Part shown: positions 9,498 through 19,776 of the stretch, piece by piece
Position numbering within the stretch: position 1 is the stretch's first letter
Layout of the letters: the number at the start of each line of letters is the position of its first letter
Assembly (NCBI GenBank): GCA_050916045.1
Contig: CP051526.1
Coordinates: 1,728,001 to 1,792,000 of the forward strand
Length of the DNA stretch: 64,000 bases
Direction of reading: 5' to 3'
Origin: Tepidisphaera sp.
GTDB lineage: Bacteria; Planctomycetota; Phycisphaerae; Phycisphaerales; UBA1924
Made by a program: the position numbers and the translations under genes
Notes under the pieces: model-generated
Seen by the model: only the letters and a program-made list of their open reading frames with translations
Told to the model about the DNA's origin: nothing
The model's database searches: none

Positions 9498-9961
9498 TGA
9501 GCGTGAAAGCCCGTCGGCAGGAGGTCATCCGCCGAGTCATCGCCGGTTCTTCGGTCGTGAGCCAGGAGGCTCTCGTGGCCGAACTTCTCGCCCGCGGCGA
9601 GGATGTGACGCAGGCGACGGTCTCGCGTGACCTGCGCGAGCTTGGCGTGCTGAAGGGGCCCGAGGGGTACCGACTTCCGGGGCCTTCGGCGGCGCAGGCC
9701 GCGCCGCGGGATACGAGCGAGCTCGCTCGCGCGGTGCGGGACTTTCTGCTCGAAGCGGAGGCCGCCGGCACGATCGTGGTGCTCAGGACGGGGGCGGGAC
9801 AGGCGTCGGCTCTCGCGCTCCGGATCGATCGCGCGGGCTGGCGTGATATTGTGGGGACCGTCGCGGGAGACGACACCGTCTTCGCCGCGACACGGTCGGC
9901 GGCTGAAGCCCGTCGGGTGGTCGAGGTGTTTGAGCGGATGAAGCGAGGAGTCACCGAGTGA
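9497..9961 (+). CDS. argR: Arginine repressor
   Basis: wHTH motif TQATVSRDLRELG and C-terminal arginine-binding GTVAGDDT. Confidence 0.95.
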   Translation: MSVKARRQEVIRRVIAGSSVVSQEALVAELLARGEDVTQATVSRDLRELGVLKGPEGYRLPGPSAAQAAPRDTSELARAVRDFLLEAEAAGTIVVLRTGAGQASALALRIDRAGWRDIVGTVAGDDTVFAATRSAAEARRVVEVFERMKRGVTE

Positions 9962-10989
9962 TGAGCAGGATCGGCGCGGTCATCGTGGGTGCGGGCGGCT
10001 ATTCCGGCGCGGAGCTTGCGGAGATCCTGCTTTGTCACGGGCGGGCTGAGATCCGCGGGTTGTTCGCATCCGCGCGGCGGGAGAAGGAAGCGTCCGGCGG
10101 GGGCGGCGGGCTTGAAGAGGTCTTTCCTCGTTTTCGCAATCGCTGCTCCCTGCCCGTGAAAGCCGCGAGCGTTGAAGCGATCGCCGAGGTCCGGCCCGAC
10201 GCCGTCTTTCTCGCCACACCGCACGAAGCCAGCGTGGAACTTGCGCCGGAACTGCTCGCTCGCGGGATGAAGGTCTTTGACCTGTCGGCCGGGTTCCGTC
10301 TGAAGGACGCTTCGCTGTATCCGAAGCACTACGGGTTCGAGCACGGGAAGCCGAAGGAACTCGCGGCGGCGGTGTACGGCTTGGCCGAACTGAACCGAGC
10401 CGCGATCGCGAAAGCGGATCTTGTCGCGGTGCCGGGGTGTTACCCGACGAGCGCGATCCTGCCGCTGGCGCCGCTTGTGAAAGCCGGCGCGGTCAAGCCG
10501 GGCACGCGGATCATCGTCGACAGCGTTTCGGGCGTGAGCGGCGCGGGGCGCGGCCTTTCGCTCAAGAGCTTGTTCTGCGAGGTGAGCTTGCAGGCCTACG
10601 GCGTGATGTCGCACCGCCACGAGCCCGAGATCGGGGCGTACGCGGGGCACCCGGTGGTTTTCACGCCGCATCTGGTCGCTTTTGATCGCGGGATCCTGTC
10701 GACGATCCACGTCGAGCTTGCGAGCGGGTGGGACGGCGAACGCGTCGCGAGCACGCTCCGCGAGTCGTACGCGGGCGAGCGGTTTGTGCGGCTTCTGCCC
10801 TCCGGGCAGTGGCCCGCGGTGGCGGATGTCCGCGGGACGAACTTCTGCGACATCGCAACCAAAGCCAGCCCGGACGGTCACCTCATCATCAGCTCCGCCA
10901 TCGACAACCTGGTGAAGGGCGCGGCCGGACAAGCGGTGCAGTGCATGAACATCAGGTTTGGATTTGAAGAAACCGAAGGGCTCTTCTGA
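9961..10989 (+). CDS. argC: N-acetyl-gamma-glutamyl-phosphate reductase
   Basis: GAGGYSGAEL, FLATPH, PGCYPT, SGVSGAGR, IDNLVKGAAGQAVQ. Start is GTG 9958 or ATG 9961. Confidence 0.95.
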   Translation: MSRIGAVIVGAGGYSGAELAEILLCHGRAEIRGLFASARREKEASGGGGGLEEVFPRFRNRCSLPVKAASVEAIAEVRPDAVFLATPHEASVELAPELLARGMKVFDLSAGFRLKDASLYPKHYGFEHGKPKELAAAVYGLAELNRAAIAKADLVAVPGCYPTSAILPLAPLVKAGAVKPGTRIIVDSVSGVSGAGRGLSLKSLFCEVSLQAYGVMSHRHEPEIGAYAGHPVVFTPHLVAFDRGILSTIHVELASGWDGERVASTLRESYAGERFVRLLPSGQWPAVADVRGTNFCDIATKASPDGHLIISSAIDNLVKGAAGQAVQCMNIRFGFEETEGLF

Positions 10990-11033
10990 CGACTAATCAC
11001 CGCGAAGACTCTGACCTGATCGAGCGATTCACG

Positions 11034-11849
11034 ATGACGACTCACTCCAAGACATTTCGAGACATCCGCCCCATCGTGATCAAGATCGGCGGCAGCACGC
11101 TTGAGGACATCGGCAAGCTCGGTTCGCTTTGGTCCGCGCTGGTCCGGGTGGCCGCCGAGCGTCCGGTCGTGCTCGTGCACGGCGGCGGGAAAGCCGTCGA
11201 TGCGCTGCTCAGCAAGCTCGGCATGACCGTCGAACGCAAGCAGGGTTTGCGGGTGACTCCCGATGACCAGATGGGCCTGATCGCGGGCGTGCTCGCGGGG
11301 ACGGTGAACAAGCAGCTTGTGGGCGCGATCAACGCCGCGGGTGGAGCGGGCGGTGGCCGGGCGGTTGGCCTCGCGCTGGGTGATGGATCGATGGTCGAGT
11401 GCCGGCAGATCTCGGCGGAACTGGGCCGTGTCGGGAACGTTTCGGGCGGCGATGCGGAGGTGGTCAAGGTGCTTTGGGGCGCCCGATTCCTGCCGGTGGT
11501 GAGCTGTATCGGGGCGGACGCTTTGGGCGGGCTCCTGAATGTCAACGCGGACGACGCGGCGGCGGGGATCGCCAAAGCGGTGGGTGCGGCGAGTCTGGTG
11601 CTGCTGACGGACGTGCCGGGGATCAAGGGCGGGGACGGCGTGCTTCGGCCTACGCTGACCGCTTCCGAGATCGAGAGCATGATCACGGAGGGGTCGATCA
11701 CGGGCGGGATGATCGTCAAAGCCCGGTCTGCGGTCGCGGCGGCGAAGAGCACCGGCTCGAGCGTCGTCATCATGTCGGGGGAATCACCGGACGCTCTGGC
11801 GAAGTACCTCGGCGGCGAGCAGGTTGGGACGACGATCCGGATCGGGTGA
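11034..11849 (+). CDS. argB: Acetylglutamate kinase
   Basis: VIKIGG, VHGGG, GLRVT, NVNAD, LTDVPG, GGMIVK. Confidence 0.95.
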   Translation: MTTHSKTFRDIRPIVIKIGGSTLEDIGKLGSLWSALVRVAAERPVVLVHGGGKAVDALLSKLGMTVERKQGLRVTPDDQMGLIAGVLAGTVNKQLVGAINAAGGAGGGRAVGLALGDGSMVECRQISAELGRVGNVSGGDAEVVKVLWGARFLPVVSCIGADALGGLLNVNADDAAAGIAKAVGAASLVLLTDVPGIKGGDGVLRPTLTASEIESMITEGSITGGMIVKARSAVAAAKSTGSSVVIMSGESPDALAKYLGGEQVGTTIRIG

Positions 11850-11890
11850 GGAGTACGCGGCACGCCGCGAGGCACCGGGGCAACAAGGTC

Positions 11891-12829
11891 ATGAAGAACA
11901 CGCTTCCACATCTTCACGGTTCGGATCTCCTGACGCTGGCGTCGATGGATGAGCGGACGATTCTGTCGCTTTTCGACACGGCGGCGGCGATGAAGAAGGA
12001 CTACGCGCCGTTTTCGAAATCGCTCGCGGGCCACAGCGCGATCCTGCTTTTCGAGAAGCCGAGCTTGCGGACGCGGATCTCCTTTGAGGTCGGCATCGCC
12101 AAACTCGGGGGGAACGCGATCTACATGGACCACTCCGCCCAGCGTCTCGGCGAGCGTGAGAGCGTGACGGACTACGGGAAGAACCTCGAACGGTGGGTGT
12201 CGCTCATCGTCGCCCGCGTCTTCCGCAATTCCGTGGTCAATGAACTGGCGTCGGCCGCGAAGGTGCCGGTGATCAACGCGCTCTGCGATCTGTACCATCC
12301 GTGCCAGGCTCTCGCGGACTACCTCACGCTGAAGGAGAAGTTCGGCAAGGTCAAGGGCTTGCGTGTGGCGTACGTGGGTGACGGGAACAACGTCTGCCAT
12401 TCGCTGATGCACGGAGCGGCGATCCTGGGGGCCGAGCTCATCGCCGTCACGCCCAAGGGGCACGAGTGTGACGAGGAGATCACCGCCGAAGCCCGCGCGA
12501 TGGCGGAGAAGAGCGGCGGCAAGATCACCGTCACGAACGATCCCGACGCGGTGAAGGGCGTCGATGCCGTCTACACCGACGTCTGGGTCAGCATGGGCGA
12601 ATCGGCGCACTCGGCCAGCGAGCGAAAGAAGTTCCTCAAGTACCAGATCAACGAAGCTCTGATGGCCAAAGCCGGGCCCAACGCGATCTTCATGCACTGC
12701 CTGCCCGCCAAACGCGGCCAGGAAGTCGTGGATGCGGTCATGGACGGCCCGCAGAGCGTCGTCTACGACCAGGCCGAGAATCGGATGCACGCGCAGTGTG
12801 CGCTGATGCACCACATGTTCGCGAAGTGA
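11891..12829 (+). CDS. argF: Ornithine carbamoyltransferase
   Basis: FEKPSLRT, HPCQALAD, YVGDGNNV, TDVWVSMG, HCLP, QAENR. ATG at 11891. Confidence 0.95.
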   Translation: MKNTLPHLHGSDLLTLASMDERTILSLFDTAAAMKKDYAPFSKSLAGHSAILLFEKPSLRTRISFEVGIAKLGGNAIYMDHSAQRLGERESVTDYGKNLERWVSLIVARVFRNSVVNELASAAKVPVINALCDLYHPCQALADYLTLKEKFGKVKGLRVAYVGDGNNVCHSLMHGAAILGAELIAVTPKGHECDEEITAEARAMAEKSGGKITVTNDPDAVKGVDAVYTDVWVSMGESAHSASERKKFLKYQINEALMAKAGPNAIFMHCLPAKRGQEVVDAVMDGPQSVVYDQAENRMHAQCALMHHMFAK

Positions 12830-12831
12830 GA

Positions 12832-12887
12832 AGAAGTCACCAGATCAAGAGGTCACGAAGTCAAGAGGTCACGAGTTCACAGGGTGA
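12832..12887 (+). repeat. Intergenic 8-bp degenerate tandem repeat (nnRRnTCA x6-7)
   Basis: agaagtca ccagatca agaggtca cgaagtca agaggtca cgagttca cagggtga. Confidence 0.8.
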
Positions 12888-12903
12888 CCGGAAGGAAACT
12901 GAG

Positions 12904-14121
12904 ATGGGTAAGCGGATTGCGTTGGCGTATTCGGGCGGCCTCGACACCTCCTGCATCGTGCCGTGGCTCAAGGAGAACATCCCGGGCTCGGAGATCATCT
13001 GCGTCGTCGGTGATGTCGGGCAGGGTGCCGATGAACTGACCGGCGTTGAGAAGAAAGCCATCAACTCCGGCGCGGCCGAGTGCCACGTCGTCGACCTCAA
13101 GACCAAGTTCGTCGACGAGTTCGTGATGCCGACCATCATCACCGGCGGCGTCTACGAAGGTCGTTACCTCCTCGGCACCGCGATCGCCCGCCCCGTCCTC
13201 GCGTGGGGCCAGGTCGAGATCGCGAAGAAGACCGGGTGCACGGCTCTTTCGCACGGCTGCACGGGCAAGGGCAACGACCAAGTGCGGTTCGAGTCCGCGT
13301 ACGGGGCTCTCGCTCCCGAGATGGAGATCATCGCCCCGTGGCGTGATCCGCGGTGGAACCTCTCCGGCCGCCTCGCGATGCTCGATTACCTCAAGGAGCG
13401 GAACATCCCGACCACCGCGTCGGCGACCAAAATCTACAGCCGCGACCGCAACCTCTGGCACATCAGCCACGAGGGCGGCGACATCGAGAATCCGTGGAAC
13501 GCTCCGCCCGAAGACGCGTGGATGCTCACCGTCGAGCCGAGCAAAGCCCCCGACAAGCACGAGGACGTTTCGCTGACCTTCTCCAAGGGTCGTCCGACGG
13601 CGCTCAACGGCCAAGCGATGCCGGCGTGGCAGATCATCGACAAGCTCAACGCGATCGCGGGGGCGCACGGTGTCGGTCGCATCGACCTGGTCGAGAATCG
13701 CCGCGTGGGCATGAAGTCCCGCGGCTTGTACGAGACCCCGGGCGGCACGGTCGTCCTCGAAGCCCTTCGCGCCGTCGAGGAGCTTGTCCTCGACCGCGAG
13801 ACGCTGCACTACCGCGAGCACCTGGGCCTCACCTTCGCCGAGCTCGTCTATGACGGCCGCTGGTTCACGCCGCTTCGCGAAGCTCTGTGGGCCGCGGGCG
13901 AGAAGATCGCCGAGAAGCTCGACGGTGAGATCGTCGTTCGCCTGTACAAGGGGACGGCGACCCCGGTCAAGCGCAAGAGCCCCAACAGCCTCTACGCCGA
14001 GAAGATGGTGAGCTTCGAGGGTGAGGATGTGTACAGCCAGAAGGACGCGGGCGGGTTCATCCGCCTGCTCAGCTTGCCGGAGCGGATCCGGGCGCTCAAG
14101 ACCAAGGGCTTGGCGAAGTAA
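12904..14121 (+). CDS. argG: Argininosuccinate synthase
   Basis: AYSGGLDTS, HGCTGKGNDQVRFE, YSRDRNLWHISHEG, GMKSRGLYETPG. Confidence 0.97.
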   Translation: MGKRIALAYSGGLDTSCIVPWLKENIPGSEIICVVGDVGQGADELTGVEKKAINSGAAECHVVDLKTKFVDEFVMPTIITGGVYEGRYLLGTAIARPVLAWGQVEIAKKTGCTALSHGCTGKGNDQVRFESAYGALAPEMEIIAPWRDPRWNLSGRLAMLDYLKERNIPTTASATKIYSRDRNLWHISHEGGDIENPWNAPPEDAWMLTVEPSKAPDKHEDVSLTFSKGRPTALNGQAMPAWQIIDKLNAIAGAHGVGRIDLVENRRVGMKSRGLYETPGGTVVLEALRAVEELVLDRETLHYREHLGLTFAELVYDGRWFTPLREALWAAGEKIAEKLDGEIVVRLYKGTATPVKRKSPNSLYAEKMVSFEGEDVYSQKDAGGFIRLLSLPERIRALKTKGLAK

Positions 14122-14134
14122 ATCGCATTGCGGG

Positions 14135-14170
14135 AGCCCACGGGTTCGAACCCGTGGGCTTTCTTTCTTT
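14135..14170 (+). terminator. Perfect 26-bp palindrome with U-tract (terminator / REP-like)
   Basis: AGCCCACGGGTTC-GAACCCGTGGGCT followed by TTCTTTCTTT. Confidence 0.7.
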
Positions 14171-14201
14171 GGGGGTGGGATTCCTCGCAGGAGAGTTCTC
14201 T

Positions 14202-15578
14202 ATGGCACTCTGGGGCGGACGATTTGAAGGCGCGGCGGATCCGCTTTTCCGGCAGCTCAATGACTCGCTTCCTTTCGATTTCCGCTTGCTCAAGCAGGAC
14301 ATCGAAGGGTCCATCGCGTGGGCGAAAGCCATCGGCGGAGCGGGCGTCCTCACCAAGGACGAGGTCGCCGAACTCGGTGAGGCGATGAACTCGCTCCTCA
14401 CCGAAGCCGCCGCGAAGCCGGACCTCATCGCCGAGTCCTTCGGCCGCGATGAAGACGTCCATTCGTATGTTGAACGCAGGCTGATCGAGATGGTGGGGCC
14501 CCTGGGCAAGAAGCTCCACACCGGGCGGAGCCGAAACGACCAGGTCGCGACCGATGTCCGTCTCTGGACGCGTGCGGCCATCGATGAGCGTCTCGCCGAA
14601 CTGCTCGCGGCTCGCAGGTCGCTTGTCGCGCTCGCGGAACGCGAGCAAAGCACGGTCGTCCCCGGATACACGCATCTCCAGCGTGCCCAGCCGATCCTCT
14701 TCGCCCACTGGGCGCTCGCGTACCAGGAGATGCTCGAACGCGATGCGGCAAGGCTCCTGGACTGCCGCCGGCGCGTGAACATCATGCCGCTGGGCTCGGC
14801 CGCGCTCGCGGGGACGACGTACCAGATCGACCGCGTCGCGCTCGCGAAGGACCTTGGCTTTGAAAGCCCCTCGCGGAACAGCTTGGACGCGACGGCGGAC
14901 CGCGACTTCATCGCCGAGACGCTTTTCTGCATCGCGCAGACCTCGGTCCACCTCTCGCGGATGGCCGAGGACCTGATCCTTTTCATGACGCAGGAGTACC
15001 GGTTCGTCGAGATGACGGATAGCGTGACGAGTGGGTCGAGCCTGATGCCCCAGAAAAAGAACCCCGACGCGTGCGAGCTGCTCCGCGGCAAGAGCGGGCG
15101 GATGATCGGGTCGCTGATGTCGATCCTGACGACGATGAAGGGGCTTCCCCTCGCGTACAACAAGGACCTTCAGGAGGACAAGGAGCCGCTCTTTGACGGG
15201 ATGGAGCAGCTTTCGATGTGCCTGCGGGTTGTGCCGCGGGTGCTCGACGGCCTCAAGGTCCGTCGCGAGGTGTGCCGGGAAGCCGCGCTCGACGGGTACG
15301 CGAACGCGACCGAGCTCGCGGATTACCTCGTCGGCAAGGGTGTCGCGTTCCGCGACGCTCACGATCAGGTCGGACGGATCGTCCGGTTTGCCATCGAGCA
15401 GAACAAGCGTCTCGAAGCTCTCTCGATCGACGAGCTGAAGTCCGTTTCGCCGGTCGTCGCGGCGGACGTGTACGAATCGCTCAAACTCGAAGCAGGCCTC
15501 GCGCGGCGCGAGATCCTGGGCGGAACGGGCCCCCGGGCGGTCGCGGGCGCGATCGCGGCGGCCAAAGCCAGACTCTGA
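14202..15578 (+). CDS. argH: Argininosuccinate lyase
   Basis: MALWGGRF, LHTGRSRNDQVATD, PGYTHLQRAQP, GSSLMPQKKNPD. GGAG RBS before ATG 14202. Confidence 0.97.
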   Translation: MALWGGRFEGAADPLFRQLNDSLPFDFRLLKQDIEGSIAWAKAIGGAGVLTKDEVAELGEAMNSLLTEAAAKPDLIAESFGRDEDVHSYVERRLIEMVGPLGKKLHTGRSRNDQVATDVRLWTRAAIDERLAELLAARRSLVALAEREQSTVVPGYTHLQRAQPILFAHWALAYQEMLERDAARLLDCRRRVNIMPLGSAALAGTTYQIDRVALAKDLGFESPSRNSLDATADRDFIAETLFCIAQTSVHLSRMAEDLILFMTQEYRFVEMTDSVTSGSSLMPQKKNPDACELLRGKSGRMIGSLMSILTTMKGLPLAYNKDLQEDKEPLFDGMEQLSMCLRVVPRVLDGLKVRREVCREAALDGYANATELADYLVGKGVAFRDAHDQVGRIVRFAIEQNKRLEALSIDELKSVSPVVAADVYESLKLEAGLARREILGGTGPRAVAGAIAAAKARL

Positions 15579-15609
15579 CGCGGGCGCTCACCCGGACGTT
15601 GACACGGGC

Positions 15610-17706
15610 TCACTCGGTCGCGAAGGCGGTGCCGCCGAGATCTTCGGAGGGTTCGGCGAAGGCGCTGCCCTGGATCACGATGCCGGTGTTGCTGTGCGGC
15701 GGGACGGCCTGAGCCGGCGCCGACCGCGTCGGATGGTGGTGCATCATGACCTGCAGGTCTTCCGGCTGAATCGGCGTCGCGTTGGGCTTGACCGTGTGGA
15801 CCTGGATGCCGCGCTCGGGCGTGCCGCGGACCTCCTTGTACACGTTCTTGTCGACAAAGCCTTGAAGCTTGCGAGCCCGCACGGGGTGCTGAAGCTTGCG
15901 GATCGCTTTGGCTTCGACCTGGCGGACGCGTTCGCGGGTGACCTTGAAGATGCGGCCGACTTCCTCGAGGGTGTAGGTGTACCCGTCGCCGATGCCGTAG
16001 CGGAGCTTGATGATCTCGCGCTCGCGGTAGGTGAGGGTCTTGAGTACGCCCTCGATCCGGCTCTTGAGCATGTCCGACGCGGCGGAGTCCGAGGGGCCCT
16101 CCTGTTTGCTGTCGGGCAGGAAATCGCCGAAGTTGGAGTCCTCGTTCTCGCCGACGGGACGGTCGAGGGAGACAGGTCCGCGGCCGATGCGTCCGACGCG
16201 CTTGACGTCGTTGATGGACATCGAGGCTTTCTCGGCCAGTTCGTCCATGGTGGGCTCGACGCCCGTGGCGAGCAGTTCGTTCTTCTGGATCGCCCGCAGC
16301 TTGCCCATGGTCTCGATCATGTGGACGGGGATGCGGATGGTGCGGGCGTGATCGGCGATGGCGCGGGTGATCGCCTGCCGGATCCACCACGTCGCGTAGG
16401 TCGAGAACTTGTACCCGCGCTTGTACTCGTACTTGTCGACCGCTCGCATCAGGCCGGTGTTGCCCTCCTGGATGACGTCCAGGAACGACAAGCCGCGGTT
16501 GCGGTACTTCTTCGCGATCGAGACGACAAGGCGCAGGTTGCCGCCCGAGAGATCGCGCTTGGCCTGCTCGTACTCCCAGAAGACCGTGCGCGTGGCGCGG
16601 ATCCGGTCGCGGAGCTCGATGGGTTCCTCGAGCGTCAGCATCCGCAGGCCGTCGAGTTCTTCCTTGGCGACGGCGAGGTCGTCGGCGTGCTTGTTGATCT
16701 CCCCGCGAGCGGCTTTCTTGATCTCCTGCTCGAGCTCGGTCATCTTGTTGGTGATGGACCGAAGCTTGCGGAAGAGCGGGATGATGCGGCCGGTGCGGAG
16801 GGTGAGTTCCTCGGTGAGCGCGGCCATGCGGCGGCGGCGCGTCTGGATCCGGGCCTTGATCGTTCGGTAGGTTTCCTTGTCCTTGGCCTTTCGGGCCTGC
16901 TGAAGCTCATCCCAATCCTGACGGTTGAGGAGCAGCAGTTTCTCGATCGTCTCGACGTTCCCGGGGATGCGCTTGGCGACCTTGTCGCGGGCGTTGCTCT
17001 CCGCCGTGGAAAGCCGCATGGTGCGGTCGAACGGGAGTTCGCCGCGCTGAACAGCCTTCAGGATTTCGACCGCCTGGCTCACGATGTAGTCGCTCTCGAG
17101 ACAGCGACGGCGGAAGATCATCCGGGTGACCTCGACCTTCTTGGCGAGGCGGATTTCCTCGTCGCGGACGAGCAGCGGGATTGAACCCATTTGCGACAGA
17201 TACGTCCGGATCGGGTCGTCGACCTTGCGGCTGGTGTTCTCCGCGGCGACGTCCTCGAAGGCTTTGTTCACGTCGGGGTCGTCGATGAGGTCCATGTCCT
17301 GCCGTGATTTGGCGGACTGCCGCACACCCGCATCCTCGGCCTGCCGGTCACCGCCGGCGACGGACATCGCGCGGCCGTTCTTGGCGGTGGGGGGCGGAGC
17401 GGTCCCGCCCGACTCCTTGCTGAGACGCCAGGCGCGGGCTTTGAACTCAAGCTCGTCGATGAGTTCGACGCCGGTCTGGTCGAGCAGGACGAGGATCTCG
17501 TCGATCCGTTCGGGGTCGACCAGCTCGTCCGGCAGGGTGTTGTTGAGCTCTTCGATCGAGAGCCACCCTCGCGTGGTGGCCATCTGCATCAGCCCGAACA
17601 TCATCGGGTTCATGTCGGCGATCACGTTCATCCGCTCGCCTCGTGCGACGGTGGGTTTGGCGCTTGCGGCCTGGGTCTGTCCGCTCTTGGATGTGGCCTT
17701 CTTCAT
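15610..17706 (-). CDS. rpoD: Primary sigma70 factor
   Basis: Region 1.2 [12 protein letters not shown]; region 2 [12 protein letters not shown]...[19 protein letters not shown]...[15 protein letters not shown]; region 4 [20 protein letters not shown]. Likely start is ATG 17706 (MKKAT). Confidence 0.95.
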   Translation of the reverse strand: MKKATSKSGQTQAASAKPTVARGERMNVIADMNPMMFGLMQMATTRGWLSIEELNNTLPDELVDPERIDEILVLLDQTGVELIDELEFKARAWRLSKESGGTAPPPTAKNGRAMSVAGGDRQAEDAGVRQSAKSRQDMDLIDDPDVNKAFEDVAAENTSRKVDDPIRTYLSQMGSIPLLVRDEEIRLAKKVEVTRMIFRRRCLESDYIVSQAVEILKAVQRGELPFDRTMRLSTAESNARDKVAKRIPGNVETIEKLLLLNRQDWDELQQARKAKDKETYRTIKARIQTRRRRMAALTEELTLRTGRIIPLFRKLRSITNKMTELEQEIKKAARGEINKHADDLAVAKEELDGLRMLTLEEPIELRDRIRATRTVFWEYEQAKRDLSGGNLRLVVSIAKKYRNRGLSFLDVIQEGNTGLMRAVDKYEYKRGYKFSTYATWWIRQAITRAIADHARTIRIPVHMIETMGKLRAIQKNELLATGVEPTMDELAEKASMSINDVKRVGRIGRGPVSLDRPVGENEDSNFGDFLPDSKQEGPSDSAASDMLKSRIEGVLKTLTYREREIIKLRYGIGDGYTYTLEEVGRIFKVTRERVRQVEAKAIRKLQHPVRARKLQGFVDKNVYKEVRGTPERGIQVHTVKPNATPIQPEDLQVMMHHHPTRSAPAQAVPPHSNTGIVIQGSAFAEPSEDLGGTAFATE

Positions 17707-17777
17707 GAATCCACCCTTTCGGTGCACTTGAACGAATCCTACGAACGAATCCGGCGTTCCAACCTGTCCCTGCCCGA

Positions 17778-19661
17778 CTACCGAAGCCTGGGGAGCCTTC
17801 GTCGATCTCCCCCGATGTTCTGTGAGCGGCGTGCCTGTTCCAGACGCTCCGCGGAAGTCACGGCCACCGAGCCGCCGCCCGAAGCGGCGTGATCCAACAT
17901 CGCCCGACGCAGGCACTCGTCAAAGACCTGACGGATGCGGGCCGGGTCCTGATCAGCTTGATTCTCCGTGCGGCGACAGAGCGCGGTCGCGGCGCTCTCG
18001 AAATGCTCGCTCTGCTCAGTCGCTTCGCCGCTGAGTTCTTCCAGAACGGCGTCAAGCGAGGGGGGCTTTCCTCCCTCGCAGACCATCGCCACGGCTTCAG
18101 CAACCTTCGCGACCAAGGGCGAAGAATACGCCACCGGCGCGATCAGGTCGTGCTGCTCGCGGGGGAGGGCGTGGATCAACGCTCCGTCCGCCAGAAGGCA
18201 CCCCAGCAGCGCCTCCGCCGGTGTCCAGCGTCCCGAAGCCAGCCGACGCAGTTCTTCATCCCGCCAGCCGGCATCCGCCGAGGCCGCCGGCGCCGCTCGC
18301 GGCATGCGCCGCGCCGTCGCGTCCAGCCCCATCTGATCCCGAATCGTCCCCTCGTCCAGGCCCGAGAGCGAAGCCAGGTGCTTGACCACCAGTTTCTGCT
18401 TGATCGGCTCGACCTCGGCCAGGCCGAGTTCCTTCAGGCGCGTGATCTCTTCGGACATCGCGAGCGACAAGGCCGAGACGCCAGCACCCTTCAGCTTGGC
18501 TTTGATCCGGGAGAACCGGTATGTGAGCAGGTCTGTGGAAGCCGCAAACGCCTGCCGAAGCACGTCCGCACCGCCGGGCCGCTTGAGCAGTTCGTCCGGG
18601 TCTTTCGCGTCCGTGTGGGCTTTGAGGGTGCAGATGCTGACATCCACCGGCTCGGCGAAGAAGACCTCGACCGCCCGGTCGGCCGCCCGCTGCCCCGCAT
18701 CGTCGCCGTCGAAAAGCAGCACGACCCGCGTGCAGTACCGTGCCAAAAGCGTCGCGTGCTCGCGGGTCATCGCCGTTCCCAGCGTCGCCACCACGTTCCG
18801 GATCCCCGCTTGATGGCAGGCGATCGTGTCCGTGTACCCCTCGGTCACCACCACCTCGTTCAGCTTGCGGATCTCCTGCGAAGCCTGCGAGAGGCCGTAA
18901 AGCGTCTGGGACTTGCTGAAGAGACGCGTCTCGGGGGAGTTGATGTACTTGGGCTCATCCGCTTCGTCGATCTTCCGCCCGCCGAAAGCGATCACCCGCC
19001 CGGCCGCGTCCAGAATCGGGAACATGAGGCGGTTCCGGAACGCGTCGTAGCACCCGTCGCCGTTGTCTCGCTTCTTGAGAAGCCCCGCTTCGATCGATGC
19101 CTGCTCAGGGATGCCTTTGGACCTCAGTGTGACGAGCAGGCCGTCCCAGCGCGCCGCCGAGACCCCGATGCCGAACTGCTCCACCATCTCGGGAGAGATC
19201 CCGCGACGCTCGATCACCGCCCGGCCGGACGCTCCATGCTCCGGGTGCCGGAGCAGAGCCCGGAAGAACTCCGAAGCAAACCCGCACGCATCGAGAAGGT
19301 CGCGGCGCGAGGGGCCGGTCGGCGCCGCGTCCCCCTGCCCGCCCGCGCGGTTGGGCTTCCACGGAGTGAGCTCGATGTTGGCCCGTTCGGCGAGGTGTTT
19401 GAGGGCTTCCACCTTCTCCATGCGGAACATCCGGCGGACGAAAGTGAAGCAGTCGCCGCCGGCACCGCAGACAAAGCAGTAGAAGATCCCCTTGGCCGGG
19501 ATGACGTTCATCGAGGGGGAATGATCGTCGTGGAACGGGCACAAGCCGACGTACTCGCGGCCCTTGGGTTTGAGTTTGACGTGCTCACCCACCAGGCGCA
19601 CGATGTCCGTCGCGGCTCTGACGCGTTCCCAATCATTCTCTTGACCCAGCGGCTTGCTCAT
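17778..19661 (-). CDS. dnaG: DNA primase
   Basis: CHC2 finger CPFHDD...[25 protein letters not shown] and FDGDDAG. Lies upstream of rpoD. Confidence 0.97.
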   Translation of the reverse strand: MSKPLGQENDWERVRAATDIVRLVGEHVKLKPKGREYVGLCPFHDDHSPSMNVIPAKGIFYCFVCGAGGDCFTFVRRMFRMEKVEALKHLAERANIELTPWKPNRAGGQGDAAPTGPSRRDLLDACGFASEFFRALLRHPEHGASGRAVIERRGISPEMVEQFGIGVSAARWDGLLVTLRSKGIPEQASIEAGLLKKRDNGDGCYDAFRNRLMFPILDAAGRVIAFGGRKIDEADEPKYINSPETRLFSKSQTLYGLSQASQEIRKLNEVVVTEGYTDTIACHQAGIRNVVATLGTAMTREHATLLARYCTRVVLLFDGDDAGQRAADRAVEVFFAEPVDVSICTLKAHTDAKDPDELLKRPGGADVLRQAFAASTDLLTYRFSRIKAKLKGAGVSALSLAMSEEITRLKELGLAEVEPIKQKLVVKHLASLSGLDEGTIRDQMGLDATARRMPRAAPAASADAGWRDEELRRLASGRWTPAEALLGCLLADGALIHALPREQHDLIAPVAYSSPLVAKVAEAVAMVCEGGKPPSLDAVLEELSGEATEQSEHFESAATALCRRTENQADQDPARIRQVFDECLRRAMLDHAASGGGSVAVTSAERLEQARRSQNIGGDRRRLPRLR

Positions 19662-19776
19662 CGCGGCGGGCTCACCTCGAACAACCCCGAACCCCGAACA
19701 TCCTGCGACGGCGGGCTGGAACAGCCCACCCGTGCGCTCGCGTCATGCGACCCGTGCCAAAGCGAATTTTCGGACC

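Noticed and set aside
11891..12829. ArgF as N-acetyl- or N-succinyl-ornithine transcarbamylase because of SLRT
   Set aside because: It retains the ornithine-binding DxxxSMG and HCLP motifs of ordinary OTCases.
17707..17916. Extended RpoD N-terminus overlapping dnaG
   Set aside because: It overlaps the dnaG 3' end. An SD-like GAAAGGGTGG precedes ATG 17706, the more plausible start.
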